Counted from the stretch's first letter, positions 1-14,991 are shown. The stretch: DNA of 64,000 nt from Eledone cirrhosa (GCA_964016885.1 OZ024741.1:363382001-363446000); one strand, 5' to 3'. Made by a program: numbers and translations. The notes: a model not told the origin generated them from the letters alone.

Positions 1-291
1 ATAAATAACAAGATTACCTAGTTTTTACAATTGTAAGTATTCACCTACAAACTTTAAGGAAAGATATGTTCCTTTCGAAGAATATTTGACATTTCTATAA
101 AAAATATTTTTTCTCGCAATCCGTATCTTTTCATTCAACAAACAAATAGTGCGTATCAAATTATATCTTTTAAATATCAAGAACATAAGGAAGTAGGGTA
201 AATTTTCTCTAAAATTTGTGGGCTCAAATTCGAGATCACTTTCTCTATCACTATCTTCACCAATCTGTCTGTCTATCTATTTAGATAGATA

Positions 292-1690
292 TGTTTCTTT
301 ATTAGCCACAGGGGCACAAAAGAAGGGGACAAATACAAAGGAGAAGTTTACATACAATAAAAACGTGTAAAATGTTATCACAAATGCAATTTAAAAATTA
401 GTCGATTTTCCCCAATAAGGGGAGACAGTTCATATGGATAACACATACCCCCGAAAAAATGTGCAACCCTCATCTCCGGGAGTACGAAGAGTTTGTACTC
501 CTTTCCTTTCCTCCTCCTTTTCCTCAACCTACAGGCTGATATAAAGAGAAGGCCCATTCACTCGGGCCATTCTTGCCACTTTCACCACACCTTTCATAAA
601 ACTTGCTGGGGTACAGCACCTCTCTCCCCATCCTGATTCTTCTTCCAAAGTGTTATTTGAAAAAAAGAATCAGTTGTTGGCCGGAGAGAAAGGTGTCTGA
701 CCTCAGGCCTTTCAACCTCGTTCACCATACAACCTCTTTCGCCATAGCTATCACACGAAGGAAAACCGCCTCTCCTTCGTTTTTGAAGGAGGGTGGCGGT
801 TTGATCATGACAATGGACTCGGTGGTCAACCGGATTGGTCCCACCCGCGACAATAGTCGTTCTACATAGCCCCACAGGTCGGTGACGCCCGGGCAGTGTA
901 TGAATGTGTGCGCGACGGTTTCTTCGTCTCGCACGCACCTCGGACAGATCTTTTTTGCAGGGTCCCTGCTCGGGCGCCCATGTCTGTAGAGCCTGTCTCG
1001 AACTGGTAGAGCTCCTCGGCAGCACTGCCAGGCAAGGGACTTTTGGAAGTTGTCCATCGGTCCCGGGCGGAAGGTCCTACCGAACAGACTGGCCAGTTCA
1101 TCTTCCTCTACGCCTAGAGTTTCACCGAGCGCGTCGTCGCACTTGCTGCGGATCAACCCTCTATAGAATGACGAAGTGGAGTCTCCACTGATCGCCGGGT
1201 CCGCCTGCCAGAGGGCTGTGAGCGCCTGAGCACATTCGATGTGCCAGTCGCCCATTTTCCTCGGTCTTTGCTTGACCCAGGACTGTAGCTCGGTCAGCGA
1301 GACGAGTCGTGGGAAGGCTCGCTTCACGAACGGGGCCCACACCGGTTGTCCGGTGAGGAATACGTAGAGATACCGCAGCCTGAGCGCGTGTTTGCACATC
1401 GTCAGCCACGGCATCCCCAGCCCTCTGTTGGAAGGGTGTTGGCAGCAGATGGATCTTCTCACCAAAGGAGCCTGCCTCTTCCAAAGAAGAGCGCGCGCTC
1501 CATTTTGGTGGGCGTTTTGGCTGGACAAGGCACGACGGTCAAGCGGTAGTAGATGGCGGACGCTATAAAAGTGCTCGCCACCTCCGCTCGACCTTTCAAG
1601 GATAGTTTTCACTCGGCCCACTTCTGGGTGAGTGCAAACACCGACTGGACGGAAGGACCGGTAAAACAAAACACAAAAACAAAACAAAAA
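292..1690 (-). mobile_element. 5'-truncated Tx1/L1-clade LINE (ORF2 C-terminus with zf-RVT, plus 3' UTR)
   Basis: ORF 722-1687 has AWQCCRGALPVRDRLYRHG...CPRCVRDEETVAHTFIHC (CCHC zf-RVT). The minus-strand 3' end reads GGCTAATAAAGAAACAT followed by ATCT repeats. GC-rich relative to the flanks. Confidence 0.8.
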
Positions 1691-1929
1691 AAAATGAATT
1701 TATTTGACGATTTCAGAATAAATTCTGAAATCTCAACATTTTCTACATATGTTTAAAACTAACACGTCATACACATTCAAATAAACATTTCATTGAAACA
1801 ACATTACTGAGAGAACTTCCAATATATTTTATAGTTGTTTCTATTTCCGAGGGTGTGTGTTGTAGTACATCAAGTGCATAGAGATTCCAGATCATTAAAT
1901 GGAAGGTTATCTTCAGAGGCCAAACGAAA

Positions 1930-4785
1930 GAAAGCACAGAAATCTGAAGAAAGTGAAGACATTCGACAGGCATGTCTAGCTTCTAACAGAATGCAAACAG
2001 CTTTATCATGAGCACATGAATTAGTAGTGAATAGACAGTACCGTTTGGATGAAAAAAGACACAGGACTGCTGTTACACGAGAATAACAAATTGAGGAACA
2101 GTGGCAAATTAAACGAATCATTGATCAAGCACAACATTCTACTGCTCAAGCAGGAGCACAAGTCACAAATAATATGAACTTGCTGATGGGTGCTTTTTTT
2201 GAAACTATCAAGACCAAACTCATCCATGGTCCACGTAGAGTCATCAATCCAACCTCTCTCTCAAGATCAAAAATTCAGCAGAAATTATCCTAGAGCTTTT
2301 ATTCAGGTAACTTGGACTAACAATGATGGATACCCTCTTTATTGTAGGTGTAGACTAGGAGGCAATACTGCAAACCTAGCAGTTTGAGGAGAGGAGCTAA
2401 CAACAGACAATCGATGGGTAGTCGTCCCACACAACAAATTGTTGTGTAAACTTCTAAAAACCCATATCAACGTTGAGTATTGCACCTCTGTCAAAGCAAT
2501 GATATATGTCACAACATATATCAACAAGGGCAGTAACATGGCTACCTTTGTTACTGACAAGGAACTCAATGACAGGCCAATACATCTCCAGTAATAAAGT
2601 TATCTGGTGGATCTTTGGATTTGATATCCACCAATGTCACCCAACAGTGGTTAACCTAGCAGTCCATCTGGAAAATGGACAGAGAATGTGTTTCACTGAG
2701 ACCACTGCTCATCAGTTGGCACAAGCACCACTTGACGCTACTCTAACTGCTTTTTTTTTAAATTTGCCAGAATGATGAATTTGTTCGATCCCTCCTCTAT
2801 GCTGAGATCCCAACATATTAACACCTGGACCAATTGCAAAACCTGGAATTGAAGGAAGCAAAGTCATTTAGTGGAAGGTCATGAAGTCAATGCAAGTGAT
2901 GCTATTGGGCGTGTTTACAATGTCTACCCAACAACAGTATTTTTATTTAAGGCTACTTATGCATACTGTTTGAGGACTAACGTCATTTGAAGATCTCGGG
3001 TGTTTCATAGGAAGGGTGTGCACAACATACCAAGAAGCATGTAAACAGCATGGACTCCTGCATGACAATGGACATTGGAAGAAGATCCTAGAAGCAGCAG
3101 CAGTCACTTGAGTAGCCAGTCAAATAAGACAGTTGTTTGTTATGCTCACAGCATGTGGAATTGATGAAGCTTATCTACTCTTGCAGAAGTACAAAATCAA
3201 TGTCAGACAACTATCTACAGTCTGAAGACATCATGGCAATATGTATATAGAATATACATACAGGATTTACAATCAAGCTCTCTGCAACCTGTCCCATCGA
3301 GTTCAGGCAATGAATAGCACATTGACTAACTGTAGGATGTCAGATGAAGAAATGGAGGTCACACAAGAAACTTTTCAGGAAACAAAATACAATATTCAAG
3401 CATTGTGTAAGTTTGTGGATGAAAATGAATCTCGATTGGTGGATGACCAGAAATATGCCTACCATAACATCATGGAAAACATTCAAACATAAACCTCCTG
3501 CATGCAAATGTTCGCCAGAAGCAATATATTGCCCTTGCTGTGGCTTCAAGTGACATTGCAGCAACACTTCTGGATGGAGGAAGAACTGCACACTCTATAT
3601 TTAAGCTGTCCATAGACTTCATATAGCATGAGCAATCTTTTTTGCATCATCAAGAAGAACTCACCCAAGGGCAAGGTCCTGCAAACATGCAAGACGATAA
3701 TTTGGGATGAAGCTACCATAAGCCATAAATGAAAAATTGAAGCTTTAGACCAGACAATAAGGGATCTGAGAGACAATACTTGCAAAATAGGAGGTATGAC
3801 AATGGTTCTTCCTGGTTATTTCAGACAAACTCTATCTGTAATTCCCTGAAGGACCTGAGCTGACTAGGTCAATGCCTGCCTGAAAACATCCTATCTTTGG
3901 CCCCACTTTCAACGACTGAGTCTTTCAACCAACATGCAAGTGCACTTGACTGGTGATGGTGTCAATGAGTTTGCCATTCAGCTACTTAAATTGGGAAATG
4001 AACTTCTTGAAAAAGACTCCAATGACTATATCATTGAAACAGAACAAGAACTGATTACCAGAGTGTTTCCAAATGTTTAGATCAGGCCTTAGCAGCGAAA
4101 AATGTTACTGTGAAAGAAATCAACAGAAGGCTGCTGGACATGTTACCGGGAGAGAAAAGATGCTACAAATCAGTTGACACAATCACTTCCCAGGACCAGG
4201 TTGAAAACTATCCAACTGAATTTTTGAAGTCTTGAACTAGTAGGAATTCCTACACACAACCTGATACTAAAGCTACTTTGTAATCTAGACCCTCAAAACT
4301 TTGTAATGTCACGAGACACATCATCCAAAATATGATGCCCAATATCCTAGAAGTCGCAACCATGCCAGCAAAATTTGCTGGTGACAATTGTTTCATTTCC
4401 AGAATACCTCTGAAGCCTACTGATTTGCCATTTGAATTTCAAAGGCTTCAATTTCCTATCAGACTCAGTTTTGCCATGACCATCAATAAATCTCAAATGC
4501 AATCATTGGGCAGATCCTACCTTTTCACATGGTCAGCTCTATGATGGTACTACAAGGGTTGGAAACCTTGATTGTCTCTTCATTGTAGCACCACAGGGCA
4601 AAACCAAGAATGTTGTTTATCCAGAGGCTTTGGAATAAGCACTATTGTAATTCCTACTTTAATGAGAATACACATAGATCCCAATTCCTTAGTCATGTAG
4701 TTTGTAAGGAATTCTGAAGTCCCAACTTTACTGCATGGTATTACTTTGAGAGAATATGCAGGCATTCCTGGGTACTTCTGCTATA
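1930..4785 (+). mobile_element. Decayed autonomous Helitron (Rep/PIF1-like helicase pseudogene)
   Basis: Frameshifted motifs in the expected order: NDGYPLY, DNRWVV.PHN..L..THINVEYC, HPTVVNLAVHLENGQ, VASSDIAATLLDGGRTAHS, IIWDEA, FRQTL, RIPLKPTDLPFEFQRLQFPIRLSFAMTINKSQ, TKNVVYPEAL. A Helitron-like 3' end (..GGGTACTTCTGCTA) lies near 4770-4783. Confidence 0.85.
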
Positions 4786-5844
4786 TAAATTAGTATAAGT
4801 AAGAACTTTGTGTGGTAGCTGGCTAGACCTGTTACAAATAGCAGCCAAATTTTCACCCTACTTTCACATGTATGTATATATGTATGAAGCAAAAAGGAAA
4901 GGTTCTGTGATACCTTGATTTACTAGAAATTAGCAAAACTCCCTTCAAATCACAGTCAACTGTCTTACACATACATCTGTGTGTGCATGTATGTCATGGG
5001 AGCCACTGTAACTGTTGGTATACAAATCTCCCTCAAACATGATCCTACTGCCATCAAGGCAAAGGTTGGTGAAAGCTAAAGTGTAAAAATCTAAATACAC
5101 ATTCTGTAATGCTTAATTCATTCATAAACCAATGCTAACTTTTATTTTTTATTTTATTTTATTTTATTTTATTTGGTGTTGTTCTGAATTTTAGCGGTTT
5201 CTGATTGTACAAAAAAAAAAAATAAATAAAAAATTCCAAATGTATTTTTTGATCATGCCCTTTTCACTGACAACATACCTAATGATTCCTCTATGGGTGG
5301 AGCATTATATATGTAAAAGGAGTACTATTCAAAACAATACCACTGGACAAAACTAATAATATATTTATCTAGATGATTTGCATCAAACAAGCGACAATAT
5401 TCTGCTATAATTCCTAATTTAATTAAAATACAGCAATCATATTTCATAGGTCAAATATTTTGTAATATATGCCAAAATATATTGTTACTTTCGTAAAATA
5501 CCTGGACATTGCTGAGTACCTCTGCTAGTCTATAGAATACAGGAATATTTTGGTAAATCATTATCTTCTTCTCCCACTTATACTTGGGAGGTTCATGGGG
5601 ACAGAGTCAACAGGATGCCTTGGACATAGATGCTTTGGAGAAATCCCTTTCCCTTCAAACCAACATCATTCACACATCAACATACAAACAACATTACACA
5701 TAATATCATACCAAACATTTCTCCTAATGTGGTGACCAATCTATCAGAACACACAAACATCTTTCAATGAACACACATTCTTCAGAATCCATCCTTTTGT
5801 TAATATATATATTTATAGCTATTATATATGTGTATGTGTGTATA

Positions 5845-8815
5845 TCATCATTATCATTATTTCATGTCTGTTTTTCCATGCTTGCACGGTTTGGACGAAT
5901 CTTTTTCAGGACAGTATCCATCCACTCATCGTGCTTCTTCATCATCTCTGTGAACTTCAGTTATTTGAGTTAGCTTTCATGAGCTCCATCCAAATCTTCT
6001 ACTGCAGATTCCCTTCCATTGGGGTTTCTTGGCACTTCTTCACCCAGCAATCATCATCCATACACATCACATATCCGTACCAACACATTCTTCTCTCTTG
6101 CACACTACATCTGTTTCCTCTTATACCCAGTTTTTTCTATCAGTTGATCCATGCTTTGTTGTTCACACACATTAACATTGTACATCCATCGAAGCATGTT
6201 CACTTCATTTCTCTCTAGTCTTCACATATCTTCTGCAATTACTGCCCATGTCTCACTACTCTGCAGCATCACACATCACACACAGGCATAGTATAACTGT
6301 CTTTTTGTTCATTAGGAGCAACCTTGTGTTGTCAACAGAGATAGTAGCTCCCTAAACTTTTTTCATCCTGTCCTTTTTCTAGCTACTTAGCTCTTGAAGC
6401 AACCCCCCCCCCCCTGCTAATTACTTGATCACCTAGGTAGCAAAAGCTATCAACCACTTCTATGGGTCCTTCTTGGGATTGGAAAAAGTTTATATCCTTG
6501 ATGCTCTTACTGCCAATTATCCCTCAACATCTATGTATTAAGTCTTTCTCTCCTGTTAATCTGCCTGTTATCCTACTGCACATTTTGTTTATCCAAGATT
6601 TGAATTGTGTACATCATATAGAGTTTCTGCCTACTTCTTTTCTACATATCAAGGAGGGCCAATTTCCTGATAGGATAAGAGCCCTATCTTCTTTCCTACT
6701 TACTAACTCTTGGTTTTTGTTAAGTTTACTCACAGCCCATTTTGATTCTAACTTTTGTTTTACATCAGGAATTTATTCTCTAGTTCTTCCACAGGATCAG
6801 CTATAAGAACCAGATTGTCAACATACAGAAATTCTCAATGAACAGCCAATCTTAAACCCCTCTGTTGTTGCTTGGAGCACTATAATGAACATAAGTGGGC
6901 TGAAGACTGAACACTCCTACCTGTACCTTGAATTCCTCACTAAACTCACTTCCTGCTCTCACTTTACTGACAGCTCCTATGTACATGGCTTGCACAGCTC
7001 TCACAAGCAACTCTTCTACACCTAGTTTCCTTAAGGATCAATAGATGACAGGTTGGTATACTGTCAAAAGCTTTAGATCAACAAAGGCTAAACTTTTAGC
7101 TAGGAACTTCTCTTGTAGTTGTCTCACTAAGAAGTGGGCATCTGTAATACTTATTGGACTCTTTTCATAATTAGTTGTGATAGAACTCTTTCCATCACTT
7201 TCATAACTTAGTCCATTAGTTTTATTCCCCTATAGTTGCTTCTTCCTAGTGTAACACCTTCTAGCAGATAAATACTTTTGTCATATAAAGTATTGTTGAA
7301 ATGTAAAGTTGATGGGTGAGTGACTTGTTGAGGTGTGAAGTGATATTACCATGAGGAAGATGATTTTCCCATAACACATCGGGTACACCTCTTTAGCAAT
7401 TGATCTATTACCTATATAAGTTATTGGTTGCAGAAAGGTTTCTTAAAGAAGATGTAGTTAAAGGCTGCGTGTTTATGTTTTTTGTCCACGTGGAAGGATC
7501 AAATCAGAAAGCACATATTAAAATATAACAAAGGTTTATTTCACTCTATAAATTAATATAAACACAAGGAGATTGAAAAGCCGGTAGCATACCACACTAT
7601 TAAGTTGAACAATAAAAATGTATTTGAAATAAGAAAATCCAGGAACGTAGTTACATTGTTCCACTCAGTGACAATCTGAGATATAACCACGTTGATAATA
7701 AATCTCTACATGTATCAAATATTGGTAGGAGAAAGGCATAGTTAAGTTGAAGGAAGTGTGTGAAATATATCTAGGTAGGAAGAATGTTGCTGGGCCCTTG
7801 CCAAGAGGGCCAAAGTTCCTTGTTAAGTGCTACATCTTGCCAGTTTCTCCAGGGAACGCCATTAGTAACGTCTTGTATCCACGAAAATAAAAGCTCCAAC
7901 TGATAGGTAGAAGTGGAAAAAGGCGTGAAGCAACTGCTGGGTGGAAATCGACTTTGTTATTCATACACCGGCGATCCCTAAGGACTGGCGAGTGACAAAG
8001 TACGACCAAATTATTCCACAGCTATGGAATAGTGCCATTGCTTGCTACAACCTTTTCCCTTGAAGCAATTAAGTATACTGCTGCAGATGACTAGTTTAGC
8101 TACTACTTCTTCAGATGCTTTCAGCATCTCAGTGACTATCTCTGATGGTCTAATAACTTTACTATTTTTCATCTCCTTGATTTTTTTCTTTGGTCCTATA
8201 ACTGTCTATTGCAATAGCTGGTCCTTCTGTTGTGTTAGTTGGGGGTGGTTCTTTTCCTCCCACTCATTCTCTATGTTTATCAGTTTTTCGTAGTAGCATT
8301 TTCAGGCCACTTTCTTTTGAGTATCAGTGATACTAAGTACACCAGTGTCTTTTCGAACACACTTTTCCCCAACAACATCCTGATTCACACTGCTTTGCAA
8401 TGTGGAACACCTCATATCTCTCATCTTCACACAGTAAAATATTGGCAAATCTCCTCCTTTCAGTTTCTTTGCATACAATGTATACTTGTTGTCTAGCTTC
8501 TCTTTTAGCAACTTGGTACTGTCCTCTGTTGTCCTCATTTTTCCAGTCCTTCCACACCTCTCACTTGGCCTTAATGGCTCTAACCATTGTTCTGTTCCAC
8601 CACCAGGTCACCCACTGTTTGGCTGGTGCTTCATTCCAACCACAAGTCACATCAGTAGTTTGTAGTAAGTTGTCACATAGAAATTTCCAATTATCATCTA
8701 TGTCATATGTATCTAACTTGTGTTCCCTCTCAATATATACATCACATAGAACTTTCCTTAACAAAAAAGAGTTTTAACTTCAAAACTGTCCTCCTCCAGA
8801 TTTTCCTGAATTTCT
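5845..8815 (-). mobile_element. Decayed RTE-clade LINE, interrupted by a solo LTR
   Basis: Fragments TWWWN, REARQQVY, QDVVGEKCV match the better preserved copy at 41-43 kb. (CAT)n-like tail near 5845. Confidence 0.8.
7261..8049 (-). mobile_element. Solo LTR (789 bp) inserted in the RTE LINE
   Basis: 5-bp direct repeat ACCTT at 7256-7260 and 8050-8054. Termini (C)TAGCA...TGCTACA. The RTE sequence resumes across the insertion. Confidence 0.7.
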
Positions 8816-8889
8816 TGTTGTCTATTGTTTATTCTGATGTCACTAATAACTTATGTTGACCAGTGCATTCTTCATCAGAGAAAGTCTTT

Positions 8890-9024
<135 letters not shown>

Positions 9025-9299
9025 GCAACATAGAAAAGTACTCACTACAATACAAAAACGAAATATTATTCACTGAAATTACTCAATGAATACTTTTTAA
9101 ATAAGTTCAAAATTAAGAAATAAATCTCTGATACACAATGTAAATGAAATATGTTATCTATGTAAATAACAACAATATCATGTACATAAATTATTGCACA
9201 ATGATGTTGTTTAGCCACAATCAGTCACAATCAGTTCACACTTTAAAAAAAACAATACCATATGACATGAGGCTTCTAATCGTAGCTGATCAAATGATC

Positions 9300-9700
9300 T
9301 TGTAGAAGTCACAACAGTGCTTTATTGTTACACATTGTTCATCATTTTGAAGAGGGAGAAATATGTGAAAACACTTTTTATCTACAATCAAGCTACATAT
9401 ACATTCAGGCACAATCTTTTTTCCTTGTCAAAAACCACCAGGTCAGGCTTATTGTGTTTTAATTTCTTGTTTGTCTGTATCCTGAAAACCCAAAGCACCT
9501 TCACTTGATCGTTTTCTACCACCGACTCTGGCTTATGCTCATAGCACTTCTCAGAATGTGGTGAATCATTTAGTTTGCATAAATGCCAGTGAATCACCTT
9601 ACCTATTATATCATATGATGTGAGCCAGAGTCTCCTCTCTCTCTCCACAGATCCTACACAGTGAGTTAGCCTCCTCCTTGTCAATATGGTGTTTCACCCA
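9300..9700 (-). mobile_element. R4/Dong-like non-LTR fragment (restriction-like endonuclease region)
   Basis: IHWHLCKL...YEHKPESVVENDQVKVLW...KHNKPDLVVFDKEKR resembles the RLE PD motif region of R4/Dong/NeSL elements. Confidence 0.7.
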
Positions 9701-9733
9701 CTTTGTTCTGAGGGTTTTCTCTTGTGCAGCCAT

Positions 9734-11420
9734 TAGCATTCCTTCTGTAACTTTTTAAGGTTATAGCGAAATACTAGTGTGTATGAATGTAACAAGGAGA
9801 AGTGGTTTGTGTGTATAATATTTAATAAACAATTTGTGAATATATAGAGCAGTATAGTTGACATGTCAATGAGTAGATGAAAGAATGAAACAAAGTTATT
9901 AGTTACCGCTTGGTTGCCAGGGACACACACGCCTAAGTGAAGACTCCTGGCGAAAGCCAGGAGGCGCCTGACCGAAAAGGCGAATGAGAGATAGAGAACT
10001 TAAAGTTGTTAGTTTTATAGGGTTCTGACCGGAAGTTACAGAAAGGGTTCTACTTCCTGTCTAGAGAGCGTTAATCTATTGGGGTTGTGAGTGTCACAAC
10101 AAGGGAGGCAACTCCTGCTACATTACTCCCCACCAGATTTTTAAAATATAAAAATCGAATGAAATATGTATGTAGCAAGTTGGCGAGAATGTTGTAACAG
10201 GCATGAAAATTACGAAAAAAAAAAATGTTTGCAAAAATCAATGATAGATATCAAGGTAGCCAACCGCTCTTGGCTAGAGAACGACTGGACATCTATCTAT
10301 CCATCACCAAAGATACAATGTAATAAAGTAAGAGAAGAGCTCAAAGTTCAAATGTACAAAATATAGTTCACAGGTGTGCAATCACATGACAGCAGGAAAG
10401 AAAGTGTGTTCCAGAGAATGAATGCAGGTGGTTTCTGTTCTGTGGTATATCGTGAAATTTCCAACCTCCGAATGGATTTTCTCACAGGAAGAGTGCTGCA
10501 AAAATAAATTCTCTGGCTTGTTCTGCTGGTTTTGGTTGTTGATGAAGCTGAGTTGCTGTTGATGTTGTTGTCTCGCGGAGTGAGCGTATTCGATGTTTAA
10601 ATTCACAGCAAAAAAAAATTTTTCAGAAAAAATGAGTTGCGCAAAGTGCTAGAAATAACAGCCGAAGTTGATGGTCGATGTTGAGAATGCGTTGACCTGG
10701 AAGGGTCAAGAGGCCAGCGACCAATGAAATAAGCATTCTGAATAAATGCGCAGTTTTCAACTGCAAATTTACGTGGTAAATTTATAAACCGGCAAATAGA
10801 AGAATATAGCTTAAGGCTGGAGAATCCTTGGCGAGAAACGTTATCTCTGGCGTGCGGCTATCTCCGTGAGTCGAGAAATCTTGCTGCCTACACGTGCCAA
10901 AACAAGGTTAAGTTGAAAACATAATATTTCTAATGCACGAGAAAATGGCGCGAAAATGATAGTGCAACAGGTCGTTGGCAGCCATTTTGAAAACATGTGT
11001 GTGTGAAAGTGACAATGATGACAAAGAAAGAAAGGCTTCACTTAGCATAACAAATATGGCGAGTTCAATTTGTTTTGTTTTTTATTTTTGGTGTGAACTT
11101 TGAAAAAAACTTGAACGATGAAGAAAACGATGAAAAAAAGGCAATGGTTGAGGTTCATCGAAAATAAATGTTCCTGTTGAAATGTTTTTTTAAAAAAATC
11201 AAATTTCTTTTTTGTTTGTTTGTTTTTAAAGTGTTCGTTGTAAGAAACGAGAAACATATATATATATACAGTGAAATGCTACAGTTAGTTGATGCGTGAG
11301 GGAAAAAGAGTCTGTTTTCACGTGTGCGTCTTCGTTTCTTTGACTGCGTATTTTCATAGTTTGTCAATAAAATGTTGCTGTGTATTCGTAATGTTACTCA
11401 CACAACACCAGATTCTGCTA
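9734..11420 (-). mobile_element. Non-autonomous LTR element remnant (3' LTR about 9734-10122 plus non-coding internal region)
   Basis: On the minus strand a purine tract (TGGTGGGGAGTAA) directly precedes TGTAGCAGG; the LTR ends ..TGCTA. The termini match those of the 7261-8049 solo LTR. No long ORF internally. Confidence 0.5.
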
Positions 11421-11684
11421 TTTTTTTCTTTTTTGGGGGGGGGTCACCACTTATAACAATGAACGGCTGCGTGTTCGTATCACGTCTACAAGGTCTCCTC
11501 TGTTTAACCAGCTCCATGTCTGTGGATCTCTGAATTCCGTTTTCTTAAAGAAGGGATTTTTCATGAAGGTTGCTCGTCCACTTTGTTGTTATTTCCTCCT
11601 TGGACATCCCCTGGTCTATTGTCTTCTTCAGTACAACTTTGAGCATTGGCTCCCTACTGTCATACACATATTTGTGCAGACTTT

Positions 11685-11752
11685 TTTCTTCTTCTTCACC
11701 ACCACCACCACCACTGCCACCGCCGCCAGCAGCATCAGTAGTAGTAGTATTT

Positions 11753-11785
<33 letters not shown>

Positions 11786-11836
11786 TTTGTTATTTGTAGT
11801 AGTAGTAGTAGTAGTAGTATTTGTAGTAGTAATAGT
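11685..11836. repeat. Compound trinucleotide repeats (CTT/CAC/GTA)n
   Basis: Direct reading; lies just downstream of the UGT stop codon. Confidence 0.9.
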
Positions 11837-11915
11837 TGAAATGTTAAGAAATACTATATCAAATAAGCATATTTTTATTGAATGACTTAGTTATATTATT
11901 GTTTCTTTTTTAATG

Positions 11916-13442
11916 TTATTCCACTTTTTTCTTTTTCATAAAACAACATCGATAACATTTTACAGTTAGAAATGTCAGTAACAACATACAAGCTATAATT
12001 ATAGCCAGGAATAAAGTGTATATATCTAGCATAAGATATTGGTAAAGAGGCATAGTTTGAATGGTAGATCTTAAATAGTCACCACCATATTTTAATACAT
12101 GGTCAACATACCAAGCTGCTCTTACTGCTGGATGTTCTGGACGAGAGTGAAATATTTCACTGGCTTGTTTTATCTTAGTTTTATATTTTGGATTCTCAAT
12201 CAGTTCATTTATATTTGAGACAAGTTCATCTTTATTGTAATGTTTTATATCCATAGAAATACCATACTGCTTTACTTGTATTCGAAGTCCATTGTAGAAC
12301 TGATCAGCAAACATTGGGAACCCCAACATAGGTACTTCATGGTAGAGAGCCTCAAACTGACCATTGTTTCCACAATGTGTAATGAAGAGTTTCATTTTTG
12401 GATGACCCAAAAGATCATTTTGTGGCAGCCATTGTGATGTATAGACATTTGGTGCTAAGAACTTTGTATCTGAATGTTTCCAAATAACATCATACTTTAT
12501 TTCTTTAAAAGCCTTCTTCATTTTCTCAATATGTTCTTTTGGAAACTGATATTTGTGACTTCCAAACGAAACAAGGATGATTCCATGCTTAGACATTTCA
12601 ACAAACTTACGTATGTCACCCTCCAATGGCAATGAAGCACGTGTTGCTACTCCTCCAATAAATATTTCGTTGGGGAGACTTGGTGTTGGATAATTTAGTA
12701 ACACATCATGTTCAGTTAAGAATAATTGGGCGCTTCTCAAGAGACTATCAAATGCTATATTATTTTTTTCTGGTGCATACTCTTTGACGTTCTTTGATGG
12801 GGATCCTAGTGGTGACTTGAGATAAAACAAATATGTTGCAAGGGTGTTTTTAAGCTTTTGGACAAATGTCATTTCATCAGAATATGCATGATCAATCATT
12901 GGAAACACAGCTGGGTTCCAAGGAACTCTCCTCACAAAAGGTGGTCCAAAATATAGACCTTGAAATATAAATGGAATAGATAATCTATATGGGACTATAG
13001 CTAAGCAATGAGAAAAGAAGCTAGAATCTACAATTGCCAAAGAAGCATTTACTTTTTTTAAAATGTGGAACAAATCATTATCCAACAGTAAAGTGTCACA
13101 CATATTTTGCATTAAATGCTGCACTGTAAACCAATTGGATTCTCTCTTTGCCGCAAATAACTTTATAGATTCCTCTCCAAATCTACTTACATTTTGGTCT
13201 TCCTTAGTAAGAATGAACTGAATGTCACTTTTATCTTTGAAATGAGTTACCATTTTAGGTGGCAATAGAAAGTAACTTGTATGGCCAAATGTATTCAATT
13301 TTATTGCTGTGTAAATCTGATTTTGAACGTGGCTGAAAAAGGGCATTGAAAGGAAAAGTATGTTATCAGCATCACTTGGTTTGTTTATTGATAACATAAT
13401 TAAATAGAAGAGAGATATTTTGAATGTCTTCATAGTGTTCAT
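11916..13442 (-). CDS. UDP-glycosyltransferase (GT1/UGT family), 508 aa, single coding exon
   Basis: N-terminal signal peptide, catalytic-His-like FFSHV, UGT signature WLPQNDLLGHPKMKLFITHCGNNGQFEALYHEVPMLGFPMFADQ, C-terminal TM helix and KKKKVE ER-retrieval tail. Splice-acceptor-like TTTAG about 25 nt upstream of the ATG. Confidence 0.95.
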   Translation of the reverse strand: MNTMKTFKISLFYLIMLSINKPSDADNILFLSMPFFSHVQNQIYTAIKLNTFGHTSYFLLPPKMVTHFKDKSDIQFILTKEDQNVSRFGEESIKLFAAKRESNWFTVQHLMQNMCDTLLLDNDLFHILKKVNASLAIVDSSFFSHCLAIVPYRLSIPFIFQGLYFGPPFVRRVPWNPAVFPMIDHAYSDEMTFVQKLKNTLATYLFYLKSPLGSPSKNVKEYAPEKNNIAFDSLLRSAQLFLTEHDVLLNYPTPSLPNEIFIGGVATRASLPLEGDIRKFVEMSKHGIILVSFGSHKYQFPKEHIEKMKKAFKEIKYDVIWKHSDTKFLAPNVYTSQWLPQNDLLGHPKMKLFITHCGNNGQFEALYHEVPMLGFPMFADQFYNGLRIQVKQYGISMDIKHYNKDELVSNINELIENPKYKTKIKQASEIFHSRPEHPAVRAAWYVDHVLKYGGDYLRSTIQTMPLYQYLMLDIYTLFLAIIIACMLLLTFLTVKCYRCCFMKKKKVE

Positions 13443-13527
13443 TTTTCTTATTGGATAATCTGCAACCTAAATATAGAAACAAATAAGTTATTTAATGGAT
13501 GTCAAACATTATATATATATATATATG

Positions 13528-13712
13528 CAGTGGCGGACTGGGTCTCAAAATATTGGTTGGCAGGAGGAGACAAAAGGGCCCACCCACAACTACAATACTA
13601 TCATTTAATTTTTATAACGAATAAATAAAATTTTCAAAAAATCCCCTCTATTTCAGTGTATGCAATTGACAGTAAGATTGTAAAGTAAAAATACGGATTA
13701 TTCTTTCCCACT
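13528..13712 (+). mobile_element. Possible hAT-type DNA transposon end fragment
   Basis: Starts CAGTGGCGGA in a TA run. No partner TIR was found. Confidence 0.3.
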
Positions 13713-13719
13713 CAATATA

Positions 13720-13861
<142 letters not shown>

Positions 13862-13985
13862 TATATAAAGGTAGAACACTGGAAGGTAATACTCATAGTA
13901 GTAGAGACTCAGTCCATGGGACGAGTTTGGTAGAAGTAGTAACACAACAGTTAGTTCACAATACCAAGAACGTTGTTTCACCTAT

Positions 13986-14950
<965 letters not shown>

Positions 14951-14991
14951 GATATATTAACAAATGGAAACTATATTTATAAAACCATATT

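Noticed and set aside
594-1549. Overlapping short ORFs on both strands
   Set aside because: Shadow frames of the GC-rich Tx1/L1 fragment.
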